A DNA stretch of 63,541 bases, filler included, from Thraustochytrium aureum (Eukaryota), in the NCBI GenBank assembly GCA_012862495.1. It is 4 parts of 3 records of this genome, joined end to end, with 100 filler letters (N's around TTAATTAATTAA, not from the genome) between each part and the next. Parts side by side here need not be neighbours in the genome. Positions count along the whole stretch, not along the records: positions 1 to 25,792 come from BLSG01000225.1; positions 25,893 to 49,919 come from BLSG01000225.1; 2 more parts are not named here. One strand, 5' to 3'. The position numbers and the translations under genes are program-made. Every line of letters begins with the position of its first letter. Position 1 is the stretch's first letter. Shown piece by piece: positions 23,082-34,873 of this stretch. Below the pieces are notes generated by a model. The model was given only the letters and a program-made list of their open reading frames with translations, was not told where the DNA came from and did no database searches.

Positions 23082-23549
23082 ATGCTGTACCGTCTTGTGT
23101 ATCACTCTGTCGTCACGACGCCGCCCGAGTGGGCAGGGCGCGCAGCGGAGATGATTGAGGAGATCAGGGCAAAAGCAGAGGCGAACAACCAAGCGAAGGA
23201 GGTTTCAGGCGTGCTCCTGTTCAACAACAGCTCTGGCGAGCTCATTCAAGTCCTGGAGGGCGAGAAAGACGTCGTGAAAGCCTTGTTCGACGTAATCAGC
23301 AACGACACGCGGCACATCACGGTGACGGTCCAGTCAGAGCAGCCAGTATCCAAGCGCCAGTATGCCGAGTGGGGCATGCTCAAAGGCGGCGCAAAGGACT
23401 GGAAGGCCGTCAAGATGACTCTGCCAGAAGCCCTCAAGGGCAAAGTGGCGACCTTTGACGAGGCGTTCAAGGCAGAAGTACAGCTCCCCGAGGTAGCAGT
23501 TTCGCGGGCAAAACGTCGCGGCTTCTTTGCTTGCTTTAGCTCGGCTTGA
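23082..23549 (+). CDS. Stand-alone BLUF (blue-light-using-flavin) photoreceptor, 155 aa
   Basis: 'LYRLVYHS..IEEIRAKAEANNQAKEVSGVLLF..LIQVLEGEKDVVKALFDVISNDTRHITV..SKRQYAEWGML' matches the BLUF consensus LxYxS..NN..vtGvLlf..FxQxLEG..V..lf.rI..D.RH..v..R.F..W.M. Confidence 0.93.
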   Translation: MLYRLVYHSVVTTPPEWAGRAAEMIEEIRAKAEANNQAKEVSGVLLFNNSSGELIQVLEGEKDVVKALFDVISNDTRHITVTVQSEQPVSKRQYAEWGMLKGGAKDWKAVKMTLPEALKGKVATFDEAFKAEVQLPEVAVSRAKRRGFFACFSSA

Positions 23550-24006
23550 TTGACACGAGTGCGGCTTTGCGGCGCACGGCGGGCGCCGAGACGCTTTGCT
23601 CGACGTGGACTGCGCACGGCGTCACAAGATCCGTGCGTTGAGGAGCGGGCCTGCCCTCTGGCTCACTTTGGCGCTTGTGAGCATGGCGACAACGAGTGCA
23701 AGAGGGCCGTGCACCGTGCAGATTTGAGACTTTAGCTAGGTTAGTAGAAGCGCGAGTTCTGAAGAGTGTCAGTGAGTACTCTATCCTACGTATCGCCGAC
23801 TGTGCCAAGGTCAACGCCCAATCCATCCCAGCCCAACCGAGTCCGTCGTCCAAGCCGACCTCCCTCTTCGGAGCCAGCGCCACCAGATTTCAAGCTGGCC
23901 GGCACCACGAAGGGCGCGGCTTCCGCTTCCACTCCAAACCCCCATGGCCGAATCTCGCCAGCCCAACCGGCAGCCAGCTGCCGCGCCCTGCGGCAGCGAG
24001 CAGAGC

Positions 24007-25770
24007 ATGGCAGGCGCCGGCGAGCCCTCCGCGGCGTCCTACGGGGCGGCCCGCAAGTGGTTTTTGCGCGGGCTGGGCGGGATCTACGTGCTCGCCTTCG
24101 CGGTGGCGCTCGAGCAGAACGAGGCCCTGATCGGCTCGGGCGGGCTCGCGCCTGGACCCGTCTTCCTGCGCCGAGCGCGCTCGGCGGCTGGGCCGGATGT
24201 GACCGCTCTGCAGCTGTTCGCGAGAACGCCAACGCTGCTCTGGTGGGCGCCGGCCGCAGACGGGACAGACGCGGTCTCGGACGCGGCGGACGCGTGGCTT
24301 GCAGACGGCCCAAGCGAGCGTGAGGACCTCGTCGATGCCGCCTTCGATCGGTGGCTGTTTCGAGCCGAGGCTGCCGGTCTCGCGCTCGCGATGGTCCCGC
24401 TTGCGCTGGGGCGCGCCAATATGGTCGTTCTGGCGGCGCTTTGGATTCTGTATCAGACCGTGGCCAACGTCGGGCAGCAATGGTACGCGTTCGGATGGGA
24501 GGCGCAGCTGCTAGAGACCGGCTTCCTCGCTATATTCCTCGTTCCTTTGCTATCGCTGAGCGAAGGCGCGCTTGAGACGCCGCTCTCGACCGTGTGGTGC
24601 TTCAGGTGGCTCTTGGCGCGCATCTACCTTGGCGCGGGCCTGATCAAGCTCCGCGGCGACGCCTGCTGGCGCGACCTGACTTGCATGAACTATCACTACG
24701 AGACCACCTGCGTGCCCAACCCTCTGAGCTGGTTCTTCCACCAGCTGCCGCCATCGTGGCACAGCATGGAGGTGATTTTCAACCACGTCGTGCAGCTCTT
24801 TGTGCCGGTATCGTTGCTCTTGCCGCGAGAGGCTCGCCACGTCGGAGCGCTCGGCGCGATGAGCGAGATGTTTCTCATCTGGGCGACAGGGAACTATGGG
24901 TTCCTCAACCACCTCACCGTTCTGCCGGCACTGTTTTGCTTTGACGACGCCGCCTTCGCCGCTGCCCGTCGCGTGCCTGTGCGAGCTGCTGAACTGCTCG
25001 GCGCGGTTCTCTGCCAAGGCAAGGGCAGCGATGAGGTCGCAAATGACGTCGTCAAAGATGCGCCAAATGCGGTCGCCGGTCGGGAGCGGGCGGCTCCTGC
25101 TGGCGCGTTGCGAGTCGCAGTTCAAGCGGCGCTTGTAGGGTTCGTCGCCTATTTGAGCACACCAGTCGTGCTCAACCTCGTTTCGAGCGAGCAAGTTATG
25201 AATACTGCGTTCAACTCGTTCTCTATCGTCAACACTTACGGGGCTTTCGGTACCGTCGGGCGCGAGAGGCTTGAAATCGTCGTGTTTGGCTCTGCTGAAG
25301 CGCAGGATGACCCCAGTGGGACAGCCGGCAGCACATGGGTCGAGTACCAGTTCAAGTGCAAGCCTGGCGACGTTTCGCGACGTCCGTGCTTTATCGCGCC
25401 TTACCACTACCGCATCGACTGGGCGGCGTGGTTTGCGGGTTTCCAGGGCCACGAGCAGCACCCGTGGCTCGTCCACTTGGTTGCCAAGCTGCTGCGGGGC
25501 GACGAGGGCGCGCGGGGGCTCCTCGGGCACGACCCGTTTGCGGGCACTGCGCCCCCTCGCCGCGTCAAGGTCGAGCGCTACAGGTACTGGTACACGGATT
25601 CGGCCTCGAGCGCCGACTGGTGGCATCGCGAACGCGTGGGCGAGTACCTTCCGCCCCTATCGCTAGAGAACGCCCAACTGCGCCGTTTCCTAGCGCACCA
25701 CTACGGCGAGCGCGCTGCAGCTGCGACCTGCGGCGACGGCGCCCCTCAAAAAGCCCCCCCGGAGCCGTAA
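24007..25770 (+). CDS. LMF1: Lipase maturation factor family ER membrane protein
   Basis: 'FLRGLGGIYVLAFAVALEQNEALIGSGGLAP', 'GQQWYAFGWEAQLLETGFLAIFL', 'GAGLIKLRGDACWRDLTCMNYHYET..PNPLS', 'VNTYGAFG', 'EYQFKCKPGDVSRRPCFIAPYHYRIDW'. Alternative ATG at 23944. Confidence 0.95.
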   Translation: MAGAGEPSAASYGAARKWFLRGLGGIYVLAFAVALEQNEALIGSGGLAPGPVFLRRARSAAGPDVTALQLFARTPTLLWWAPAADGTDAVSDAADAWLADGPSEREDLVDAAFDRWLFRAEAAGLALAMVPLALGRANMVVLAALWILYQTVANVGQQWYAFGWEAQLLETGFLAIFLVPLLSLSEGALETPLSTVWCFRWLLARIYLGAGLIKLRGDACWRDLTCMNYHYETTCVPNPLSWFFHQLPPSWHSMEVIFNHVVQLFVPVSLLLPREARHVGALGAMSEMFLIWATGNYGFLNHLTVLPALFCFDDAAFAAARRVPVRAAELLGAVLCQGKGSDEVANDVVKDAPNAVAGRERAAPAGALRVAVQAALVGFVAYLSTPVVLNLVSSEQVMNTAFNSFSIVNTYGAFGTVGRERLEIVVFGSAEAQDDPSGTAGSTWVEYQFKCKPGDVSRRPCFIAPYHYRIDWAAWFAGFQGHEQHPWLVHLVAKLLRGDEGARGLLGHDPFAGTAPPRRVKVERYRYWYTDSASSADWWHRERVGEYLPPLSLENAQLRRFLAHHYGERAAAATCGDGAPQKAPPEP

Positions 25771-25792
25771 GCGAGCGAGCGCGAGCGGTGCG

Positions 25793-25892
25793 NNNNNNNN
25801 NNNNNNNNNNNNNNNNNNNNNNNNNNNNNNNNNNNNTTAATTAATTAANNNNNNNNNNNNNNNNNNNNNNNNNNNNNNNNNNNNNNNNNNNN
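25793..25892. other. Artificial scaffold linker (N44-TTAATTAATTAA-N44)
   Basis: The 12-mer gives stops in all six frames and is padded by Ns to 100 nt; identical structure at 49920 and 55161. Confidence 0.95.
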
Positions 25893-28800
25893 CGAGAGCA
25901 CTTCATTGTCGTCCTCGAGGCCCAACGCGGAAGCACCAGGCGAAGCAATTTGTACGGCTTGCTTGGCTGCGGGCATCGTAGATGCGGGTATCCCACAGCC
26001 GTCGATCTCAGCCGTGTCGAGATCCTCCTCAACGGCCCAACCATCGCCTGCGCCACCCGACTGGATCCCATCCTCGTCCAAGTCGTCTTGGACACCCCAT
26101 GCATCCACTGGCACGGTTTCACCTTGCGCAGAGATCCCTTCTGCTGGCACGCGTTCCGAGCCCAACAAAAGTCGATCAATCTGTTGAACGCCCTTCAGAG
26201 GTCCAGTGCCCGAATGCGCGCCACGTTGTTCGTTTGGCGAGTCTAGGTCGTCCAGATCATCATCGACGTCCCAGCCAGAACCAGCTTCCACATTGATGGG
26301 ACTCGCGCCGTTGGCAGCCCAGTCGTCGGCGGCGTTGCTTTCCGAAGTCGCAGCGCCTTCGGCAAAGGACGGGTTTCGAAAGGCAGATGCGCCTGGCCCA
26401 GTTGATACATCCGGCGCGGATCGCTCCGTGTCGCTATCAAAATCGTCGTCCCACCCACCGTCGTCTACCGCAACGGCAGAGGGGAGACCACGGAAATCCA
26501 ATTCGACCTGTCGCGGCCTCTGGAGTCCCGCTAGTGCCTTTGCAGCCAGAGCAACAGCGCTGCACCAACCATTTTCTTGCGCGCTGGCTTGTGTGGCCGA
26601 GATCACTGCTTGTCTCAAGACGTCTGCCCATCCCGCGCCCATTCGAAGTGACGGTGGCGTCCGCTGCACACGCAAGACAATGGCGCTAGCCTCTGCTACG
26701 CAGCCCTCCGCGCACAAACAGAGGGCGACGTACAGCGGTGACAGCGTGAACGGCATGTCAGGGCTGTCCGAGCTGAGGCAAACGCGAAGGACAAGCTCTT
26801 TCGCCAGAGCCGCGCTTGCCCATGCGTCTGCAAAGGGGACGCTGCACAAAAGTAGGCGCACGACCTCTTCGTCCATTTGNNNNNNNNNNNNNNNNNNNNN
26901 NNNNNNNNNNNNNNNNNNNNNNNNNNNNNNNNNNNNNNNNNNNNNNNNNNNNNNNNNNNNNNNNNNNNNNNNNNNNNNNNNNNNNNNNNNNNNNNNNNNN
27001 NNNNNNNNNNNNNNNNNNNNNNNNNNNNNNNNNNNNNNNNNNNNNNNNNNNNNNNNNNNNNNNNNNNNNNNNNNNNNNNNNNNNNNNNNNNNNNNNNNNN
27101 NNNNNNNNNNNNNNNNNNGAGTCCCTTTGCGGAGCGGGCAGCTTGTACGCGGACCTGCGAGTACGGCGAGAAAAGGCCAAACTTGACGGCCACTGCAAGC
27201 TGCCCTCGCGTTGCTGCAGCCTCGACGAGCTGCAGCTCCTGGGCGCGATCGAGCAAAGCACGTTGCGCGGTGTAGCGCAACCCGAGAAACTGGCGGGCCT
27301 CAGCTGTCTCTGCAGTGATCGCACCCTCGAAGAGCGAGCGCCACTCCTCTGCAAAATCGGAGACGGTGCGCTCTTCGTCTGCAGGGCCGGAGCCCACCAC
27401 ATGGCTCAAGCAGGCAAGGGCATGTTGGCGCGCCTCGTCCTCAAAAGACTGGCCAAAAAGCGCCCCTGACGTCCCATCCCAGAGCGAGACGAGCTTGGCC
27501 ATCCCAACGCGCGCAAGCGGCGGAGGCAGGCCAAGACGCCCAAGCAGCGCCTTCTTGCTCTGGACCGTGGCAAGGTCGTCCATCGAGGCGCGCGAAGCAG
27601 CAATAGCTTCGTGGCCCCAGTAGCTGGAGATAATCTCCAGCGAGACGAGCTCGTTCACCAAGGCGTCGTCGCCATCGCTATCAAGCCCAGCAACGCGTAG
27701 CAAGCGCAAGACCGCCACCTTGACCTCATTCGGTACCGGCCCACCAAGAGCGCCTCGCAAAGCCTCAACCATCTGCGTGCCTACTGCGCGAGTGCCCTCA
27801 CCCTCCAGCAAAACGCCTATCCGACGAACGAGGCCCGGAAGGCGGTCTTGGTATGCAGTCTCGTCACCGAGCGCATCGACGACCTCCGCGGCGAGGAGCT
27901 TGCCAGGCTCCAGCTCGCTACTAATGCTAGAAAGAGTGGAGCACGTGCCAACAAGCGCAGCAAGGTCCTCGGCGCTAGCCTCGATAAGGCAGCGGGAGAG
28001 GCCGAGTATCAGAGCGTCCACATCTCCATTGGACAACTCGAGACAGTCGAGGAGCTCCAATACATACAGAGCCGTCGCGCCGTCCCGCTCGAGGGATGAA
28101 AGCGCTTGAATTGCGCCAAATACGGCCTCTGCCCGCTGCAGCTCCAGCAACCTCTCGCGAGGCACAGATTCGAGGTTGCTGGATACTATGGCCTTGCAGT
28201 CTTCCATAATTCGAGCTCGCAGTTCGACGTCCATCACGCCTAGCGCTCCGCCTCGAAGCGCAGCAGCCACGGCCAGGTCGCAAGCGTCAATCGGCACCAG
28301 CTTGGATACAAAGGAGCTTGCCGAACTGGTGTAAGCTTGCCGCGAAGCCCGTGCCTCTGCTGGCAGAACTTTCGTCAGGGGCGAGCCGCGCTCGACTCGA
28401 GCAGGGCTTTGCGGTTCGCCGCCACGGCCGACGAGGCGCAGCGACACCATCACAAAATGCAGGATCACTTGGCTCGGCCTCAGCTTGGGCTCCGTCTCCA
28501 CAAAGCGGTTAGCCAACTTGGCGAGGGTGATGGCGTTTCGCTTGTTCATCACGCCGGCGAGCTGATCGAGCGCGCCTGCAACAGGAAGGGGCGGCGCGAT
28601 GTGCACCTCGGCCGCGGAAGGGTCAAACTCTGCAATCGCCTCCTGCAGGAGGCCTGACTCCGCGTGGTGCTCGAGACCAAGCTGAACCAGGCGCAGCGGA
28701 GAGGCTACCAGCGCCTTGACGTCAATCTCGCCCTCAACCTTTTCCAGGCGAAGGCAGAAAGCTCGGCGGTCTTTCAACGCACGTAAAGGCCCTTCCTCCG

Positions 28801-31800
28801 CGTCAAGACCCTCGACGCGCTTGAGAGACTCTGCCACAAGGCGGTCTATCAGCGCGAGGCGGCGCGGATTGCCGCTCGAGACGACTTGCCAAAGCGTGGT
28901 GCAAAAGAAGGCAACGCTGCGCAGAACGCTGCTCTTGTCTAAGAGCGATTCCAGCGCACCAGACTTGCGCAGCACCAGCGATTCGAGGTCGACTTCCGAA
29001 AGCCCGCGGTCGTCTTGGTCGCTGACAGCGCCTTGCAAGTACGCAGCGTACATGTCCCAGTGGCTGACCTCGTACTCTGTTGCGGCGTCGAGGAGCTTGA
29101 TCCACCATTCTGACTGTGCGAGATCCTTGGTTCGCAGCTCGCCGACGTGTCGAGCTGCTGCGAGAAGGGTCGCCCTTCGGTAGTCGGCGTCACCAGCGAA
29201 CCGCGCGACGTCGATATCGGCAAAGAGGCCGACGAGGTGTTGCCCTTGCACGAGCTGCGCGCACTCCTCGCTGATGCACAGTGCAAAACCATGCAATTGC
29301 GGATCGAGCCAGCTAGCTGTTTCACCGTCCTCAAGAAAACCCTGCACAAACTTGAGCAGCTTTGCATTGCTCCATGTCGGCAGTTGCTCAAACCGCAGCT
29401 CGCCTGGACAAGCTCTGGCAAGGGCAAGAGCGACAGCGCATAGGAGCGCGTCAAGGACTTGAACGTGATAGTGGGTGAGCTGCCCAACAGCCTCAAGGCC
29501 TTCCTTCAGGTCTGCAAAGCTCGTCTTGGCCAGTGCAGACACAACTGACGGAGACTCACACAACCCGTCACCCAGCGCAATGGCGGCGACGTCCGGGTGG
29601 TGGACCGCCTCCGCGACAGCCCACCGCACAAACGGCGCCGACGGCCAGCGCTCAGGCAGCATTGCGGCGCGCTCCATGTCACGGCGAAACGCTCCGATGC
29701 CGTCGCGCCCCACGTCAAGGACAGCGCTCCACTGCGCACAGCGTTCTCCATCCGGATTCTCCTCCCCGCCGCTAGTCGAACCACAGGCACCGACGCGGTT
29801 CAGGGCTTGCACCGCTGCAGGGACATCGGCCTCCGCAGCACGCAGGAGTGCGTCCATCGCGAACTTGGGCGAGTTGGTTGCAGATCCGAGGGCGAGGCAG
29901 GCCTTGGCCACACTCGACGATGCTCGTTCGATCCTCTGCTGCTTTGATGGCGGCTGATCGGCTTTGGTACGTTCCAGAACCTGCAGTTTGTCGAGCATGG
30001 CCGTACAAATCGTTTCTGCGGTGGCAACGTCGCCCGCCTGCAGAGCACGCTGCACGACCAAGTGCCGCACCATATAGACGTCGTCAAGCGCGCCGCGCCC
30101 GAGCAAGGACGCGAGGCGAAGTATTTTCGTGTCTGGCATTCCGACCTGCGCACCGCCGCTCCGTCCCGCAGCGCCGCCACGGTACGCCTCGGGGCTGTCG
30201 CGAAGGACCTGCTCAACGAGCGCAATGGGGTTGGCCGAGTTCATGTGAAGGCGCACTTGCAGCGGGACGATTGGGAAGCCAAAGTCGTTCACAAGAAGGT
30301 CGACGACCTCGATGAGGTTGCGCTCAGTCTGGGCACGATCAGACGCGAACGGCAAAGCTCGGAGCGTCTGCTTCGCGTTGTCCATCTCTTGGAAGGCAAA
30401 GTCGCTGGCGCTGTTGAAAAACTCTGCAGCAACTGCCAAAACGATACGCTCCACCTGCGCTTTCGTGACTACTGCACCAGGTTGATCGACGCGGAGGACC
30501 ATGATCAGCTCGTGCGCGAGATCAAACTGCGCAGCCCGGAGCAAGGTGATCAGGGCGCGCTCTGTGCAAAACCTGTCAGAGAGGTATGGAAAGCCCTTGT
30601 GTTTGATGTCCCACGCCAAGTGAACGACGTGCTCCCAGAACGTGCGCCGCAGATCGGCAGCCTTGTGCGTTTCTCGGAGCGACGAGCTGGACGCCTCTCC
30701 GGCAGACGACTGGGCGGGTGCTTGGACAATGCGGGAGAGGCCAGGCCACTCGGACGGTTCGACCCGCAGCGCAGCACGGTAAAGCGCCAGAACGAGCGCC
30801 TTGCCTTTGTCCTGCTGGGCATCTGGGTCGCCCATGTTCGAGTCTTTGCGCTGCGGCAATGCAACGCGAGCCTTCTCAGAGCCCGCAGCGAGCCCGACGG
30901 CGCAGTCTTCCTCTGGGATGTCCTCATCCGAGGAATAGAGATTGTCCAGGTCTTGAAACGACTCCCTCTCACTGAGCAGTTGAAAGGCAATCCCGTCTGG
31001 ATGGCGGCAACGGTGCCCGCCGAGGGCAAGGCGGTGGGCTTGTCGTTCTGCATGCGCTTTGCAGCAGTCCAGGAAGACCTGGACAGGCACCGCGAGACCG
31101 AATTCCGCGAGTTCCGAATTCAAGTACAAATGGCCGTCGAGCGCTTCCACGCGGTCTTGCAGAATAGCGAGGGCTCGAAACTTGTCCTCCGACGGCCGAT
31201 GCCGGTCAGGCAGAGAACCGAAGATGAGATCCATGGCCGCGCGCGCTTCGCGCGAGACGCTCGGACAAGCGTAGACGCAGGCGAGGGCGGTTTCAATCAG
31301 GGCTTGCGGCGCAGGAATGATGCGCATGGAGCGGTCCACACCGCCGTCCTTTACAGACAGCGGCCGGCTCTGATGGATGATTTCTGCACACAATCGGATT
31401 CCTTCCTCGGCCTCCTCTTGGTCGCCCCAATCAGCAGACTGAGCGACAGCGTCGCGATCCGCTGGAGAGAGCGCGCCTGGGTCGATGACGCCCCGTGCGC
31501 GCGCAATCATGAGGCACCGCAAGTTCGCGAGCCACGCTCCGAGTCTAGCAGGGTCAAGTCCGCGAAACTCGGGGANNNNNNNNNNNNNNNNNNNNNNNNN
31601 NNNNNNNNNNNNNNNNNNNNNNNNNNNNNNNNNNNNNNNNNNNNNNNNNNNNNNNNNNNNNNNNNNNNNNNNNNNNNNNNNNNNNNNNNNNNNNNNNNNN
31701 NNNNNNNNNNNNNNNNNNNNNNNNNNNNNNNNNNNNNNNNNNNNNNNNNNNNNNNNNNNNNNNNNNNNNNNNNNNNNNNNNNNNNNNNNNNNNNCGTCGT

Positions 31801-34147
31801 CAGTATGTCGACCACCGTTTCGGGCGTGGCATCTTGCGCCATCACGCATAGTCGCTGAAAGTCATCCATTGAGGCCCAGTCCGCGAGACTCTGCGCGTCT
31901 GGGAGACCAGCGCGATACACGAGCCGTTCGAGCAGCGCGGCGGCGTCGCGCAGATCTTCGAGGCTGGCCAGGGCGTCCTTCCCAGCCTCGGAAATCTCCG
32001 CGGCCTCCGCGGCCGCGAAAAGTCGGCGGACGCCGCACTCGCAGAGCTCGAGGGCGAAATTTAGCATTCCGCTGCACGAGTCGATTTCAATCGCGCGGTC
32101 ATGGTACCAAGCCACAAGCTGAGCGAGCATTGGCAGTTCGACCTGTGGCGAATCAGCCTCGCCCGGGATGCGCGGCTCCCATCGGTTGCCCAAGGCAGGA
32201 TCCTCGGCGTTGATGAGAGGCTCGATCCGATCGGCGCGCACGACGAGCCACTCTGGCCGCCGCGCGCCTGGTGCGTACGCCGGGAGGAGGTCTTCGTAGT
32301 CGAGCGGCGAGATCGTCTCTGGGATCATCGAAAGTAGACCCAGTAGGGCAGGGAGCACGTCGGCGGGAAAGCTACGAAGCGCAGCTCGCAGCGCGCGAAT
32401 GTTGCCCTGTTCGGCAAACGAGGCCAACAGTCTGGGCAGCGGGGAGCTGCGAAACTCGGTAAAGTCTAACGCGTCGAAAGCTTTGTCGCCGCGAGACGCT
32501 CGGAAGAGGTCTAGTTTGAGCTGGACACGCAAGAGAGACTCTCTGCGGGAACCGTTGGGGTCAATGGAGGGGTTTTGGTCCAGTCTGTCACGTCCGTGCT
32601 GCAGCAGCGCCTCCATCGCTTCGAGGGTCAACAAAGCCCGGGTTGTGCACTGGTCGAGGACCCAAGCGTCGTCTTCGACAGCGCCGAGGAGCTCGCTGAT
32701 CGTTTGCGGGTTCTTTGACCCGTCCTCCCACTGCGCCTTTCGCACCTTGTCGAGGCAGAGATTGAACCGCACACCCACCTGCTCTGCGCGCACGAATTCG
32801 CCCTGGGCGATGAGGAGCTGGAACAACTGGTCCGGCTCTGTCTCCCGTAGGATGTGCAAGCGGTACCTGCGCACCATGGTCTTGGCGCCAACCACGGCGA
32901 GCGTCGATGGAAGTGGAGACTGCGTTTCGACCCAGGCGCGCTGGCACTCGAGCAGGAACGCGGCGCTCTGGCCTGTTGCGAGCAAGCTGGTTGCTTCGAG
33001 AACCACCGGGGGCGAAAGCGCGTCGAGCGTGTCTTGGACGCCGTCCCGGGCCAGCAACGACGTAGACTGGGCGACGCTGAGCGGTTCGGCGGCGGAGCCA
33101 GGGCTGGCCGACTCGGGGACTTGAACCAATCGCACGCCGCCGTCAGCGAGCGAGAGCAGCAAGCGACCCTTGCCCCACCATGCCACGTCAACGATGATCC
33201 CGTCCCCGTTCATCGCGACGACCGCGTTGCCCAGATCGGTCATGGCATTGTCGGGGCCGGAAAGGAACTGGAGGCCGGACAGCCGAACGCGAGGTTGCCG
33301 GCGCGCGTTAAGCTAGCTACGTAGCGTCCACCAGGCGAGAGCGCAAGGCGGTGGACCTGGTCCGCGCGCCGCAAGCGCGACAAGCCCTCGCCGGCGAAGG
33401 GCCACAGCGTCCGCGGCGGCAGGTCTGCACCGGGCAGAGTGAGAGCCACTTCGCGCAGCTTCTCGAAGTAGGGCGGCTCATTGCAAAGCCGGACCATAAC
33501 GAGGGTGAGGTCGGCGGCAAGATAGAGCACGTCGTCCGCTTGTGCCCCCCACTGATAGGTCGGCTCGAACTCCGGGCTGCATGCAGCGTCGTTGCCTCAG
33601 CACGTTCTTGCTCGCCGACTGCCCGTTCAGGCCTCCGGTGAAGGGCTGTTGCCTGAACCGCGGGGGCTGCCGATATCTGGCACGCCACCGCGCGAGGCTC
33701 GCCGCCCACCGTCGCGTGCGGTGGCGCGCCAAGACTTTGTCTAGCATCGTATGGCACGTCAGCTCGGCGTACACCACCGTTGCGGTGCACCACAACCAGT
33801 TCTGCCCCGGCGCCGGCAAGCCCGCCGTATCGGGATGTGCGAAAGTGGAGGCCGGCAATTGGGCCGCGGCCGCCTCCGCCGAGCGTGCGAACGATGGGGC
33901 TGAGCCGGCCCTGCGCAAAGTCTACGCCAACAACGGCCACGTCCTCGCTTGTGGCGCTCGCCACGGCCAACATCACGCCGCAAGTGCTCCACGCCGCTAG
34001 GGAAGCGTGCCCAGCCTCTGCGGGCGGGAGCTGCGCGACGTGGCCCCGTTTCGCGAACCAGACGGTGCCTGCGCTGGCGTGAGGCCCTAGAACAACGCAG
34101 GCGGCTCCACCAGGAGCGGGCAATGCTGTCCACGCCGCCTTGTCGAA
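25893..34147 (-). CDS. NBAS: NBAS / Sec39 / MIP2 (Dsl1-NRZ retrograde tethering complex subunit); gaps and frameshifts, both ends truncated
   Basis: N-terminal beta-propeller-like blades ('AAWSTCGVMLAVAS', 'LALSPGGRYVASL', 'VDVAWWGKGRLLLSLADG'). Then 'LRETEPDQLFQLLIAQGEFVRAEQVGVRFNLCLDKVRKAQW..LGAVEDDAWVLDQC', 'LLSMIPETISPLDYEDLLP', 'WYHDRAIEIDSCSGMLNFALEL' and Sec39-like 'AAEFFNSAS..DFGFPIVPLQVRL'. More than 2,500 aa of same-strand ORFs. Confidence 0.88.
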
Positions 34148-34873
34148 NNNNNNNNNNNNNNNNNNNNNNNNNNNNNNNNNNNNNNNNNNNNNNNNNNNNN
34201 NNNNNNNNNNNNNNNNNNNNNNNNNNNNNNNNNNNNNNNNNNNNNNNNNNNNNNNNNNNNNNNNNNNNNNNNNNNNNNNNNNNNNNNNNNNNNNNNNNNN
34301 NNNNNNNNNNNNNNNNNNNNNNNNNNNNNNNNNNNNNNNNNNNNNNNNNNNNNNNNNNNNNNNNNNNNNNNNNNNNNNNNNNNNNNNNNNNNNNNNNNNN
34401 NNNNNNNNNNNNNNNNNNNNNNNNNNNNNNNNNNNNNNNNNNNNNNNNNNNNNNNNNNNNNNNNNNNNNNNNNNNNNNNNNNNNNNNNNNNNNNNNNNNN
34501 NNNNNNNNNNNNNNNNNNNNNNNNNNNNNNNNNNNNNNNNNNNNNNNNNNNNNNNNNNNNNNNNNNNNNNNNNNNNNNNNNNNNNNNNNNNNNNNNNNNN
34601 NNNNNNNNNNNNNNNNNNNNNNNNNNNNNNNNNNNNNNNNNNNNNNNNNNNNNNNNNNNNNNNNNNNNNNNNNNNNNNNNNNNNNNNNNNNNNNNNNNNN
34701 NNNNNNNNNNNNNNNNNNNNNNNNNNNNNNNNNNNNNNNNNNNNNNNNNNNNNNNNNNNNNNNNNNNNNNNNNNNNNNNNNNNNNNNNNNNNNNNNNNNN
34801 NNNTCATACCAAGGCGGGGCGCAGCCCAGGCACCGCCGTCAAGCTGCAAAGTGCCTTCGACAAGGGGCTCGGG

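Noticed and set aside
25837..25848. TTAATTAATTAA palindrome (also at 49964 and 55205) as a biological motif such as a piggyBac TTAA site
   Set aside because: Always flanked by 44 Ns on each side; it is an artificial six-frame-stop linker, so gene adjacency across it is meaningless.
30062..31858. Long antisense ORFs (also 35072-35938, 53280-55160, 62547-63362)
   Set aside because: Shadow ORFs expected from high GC3 on the opposite strand of real genes; no motifs.
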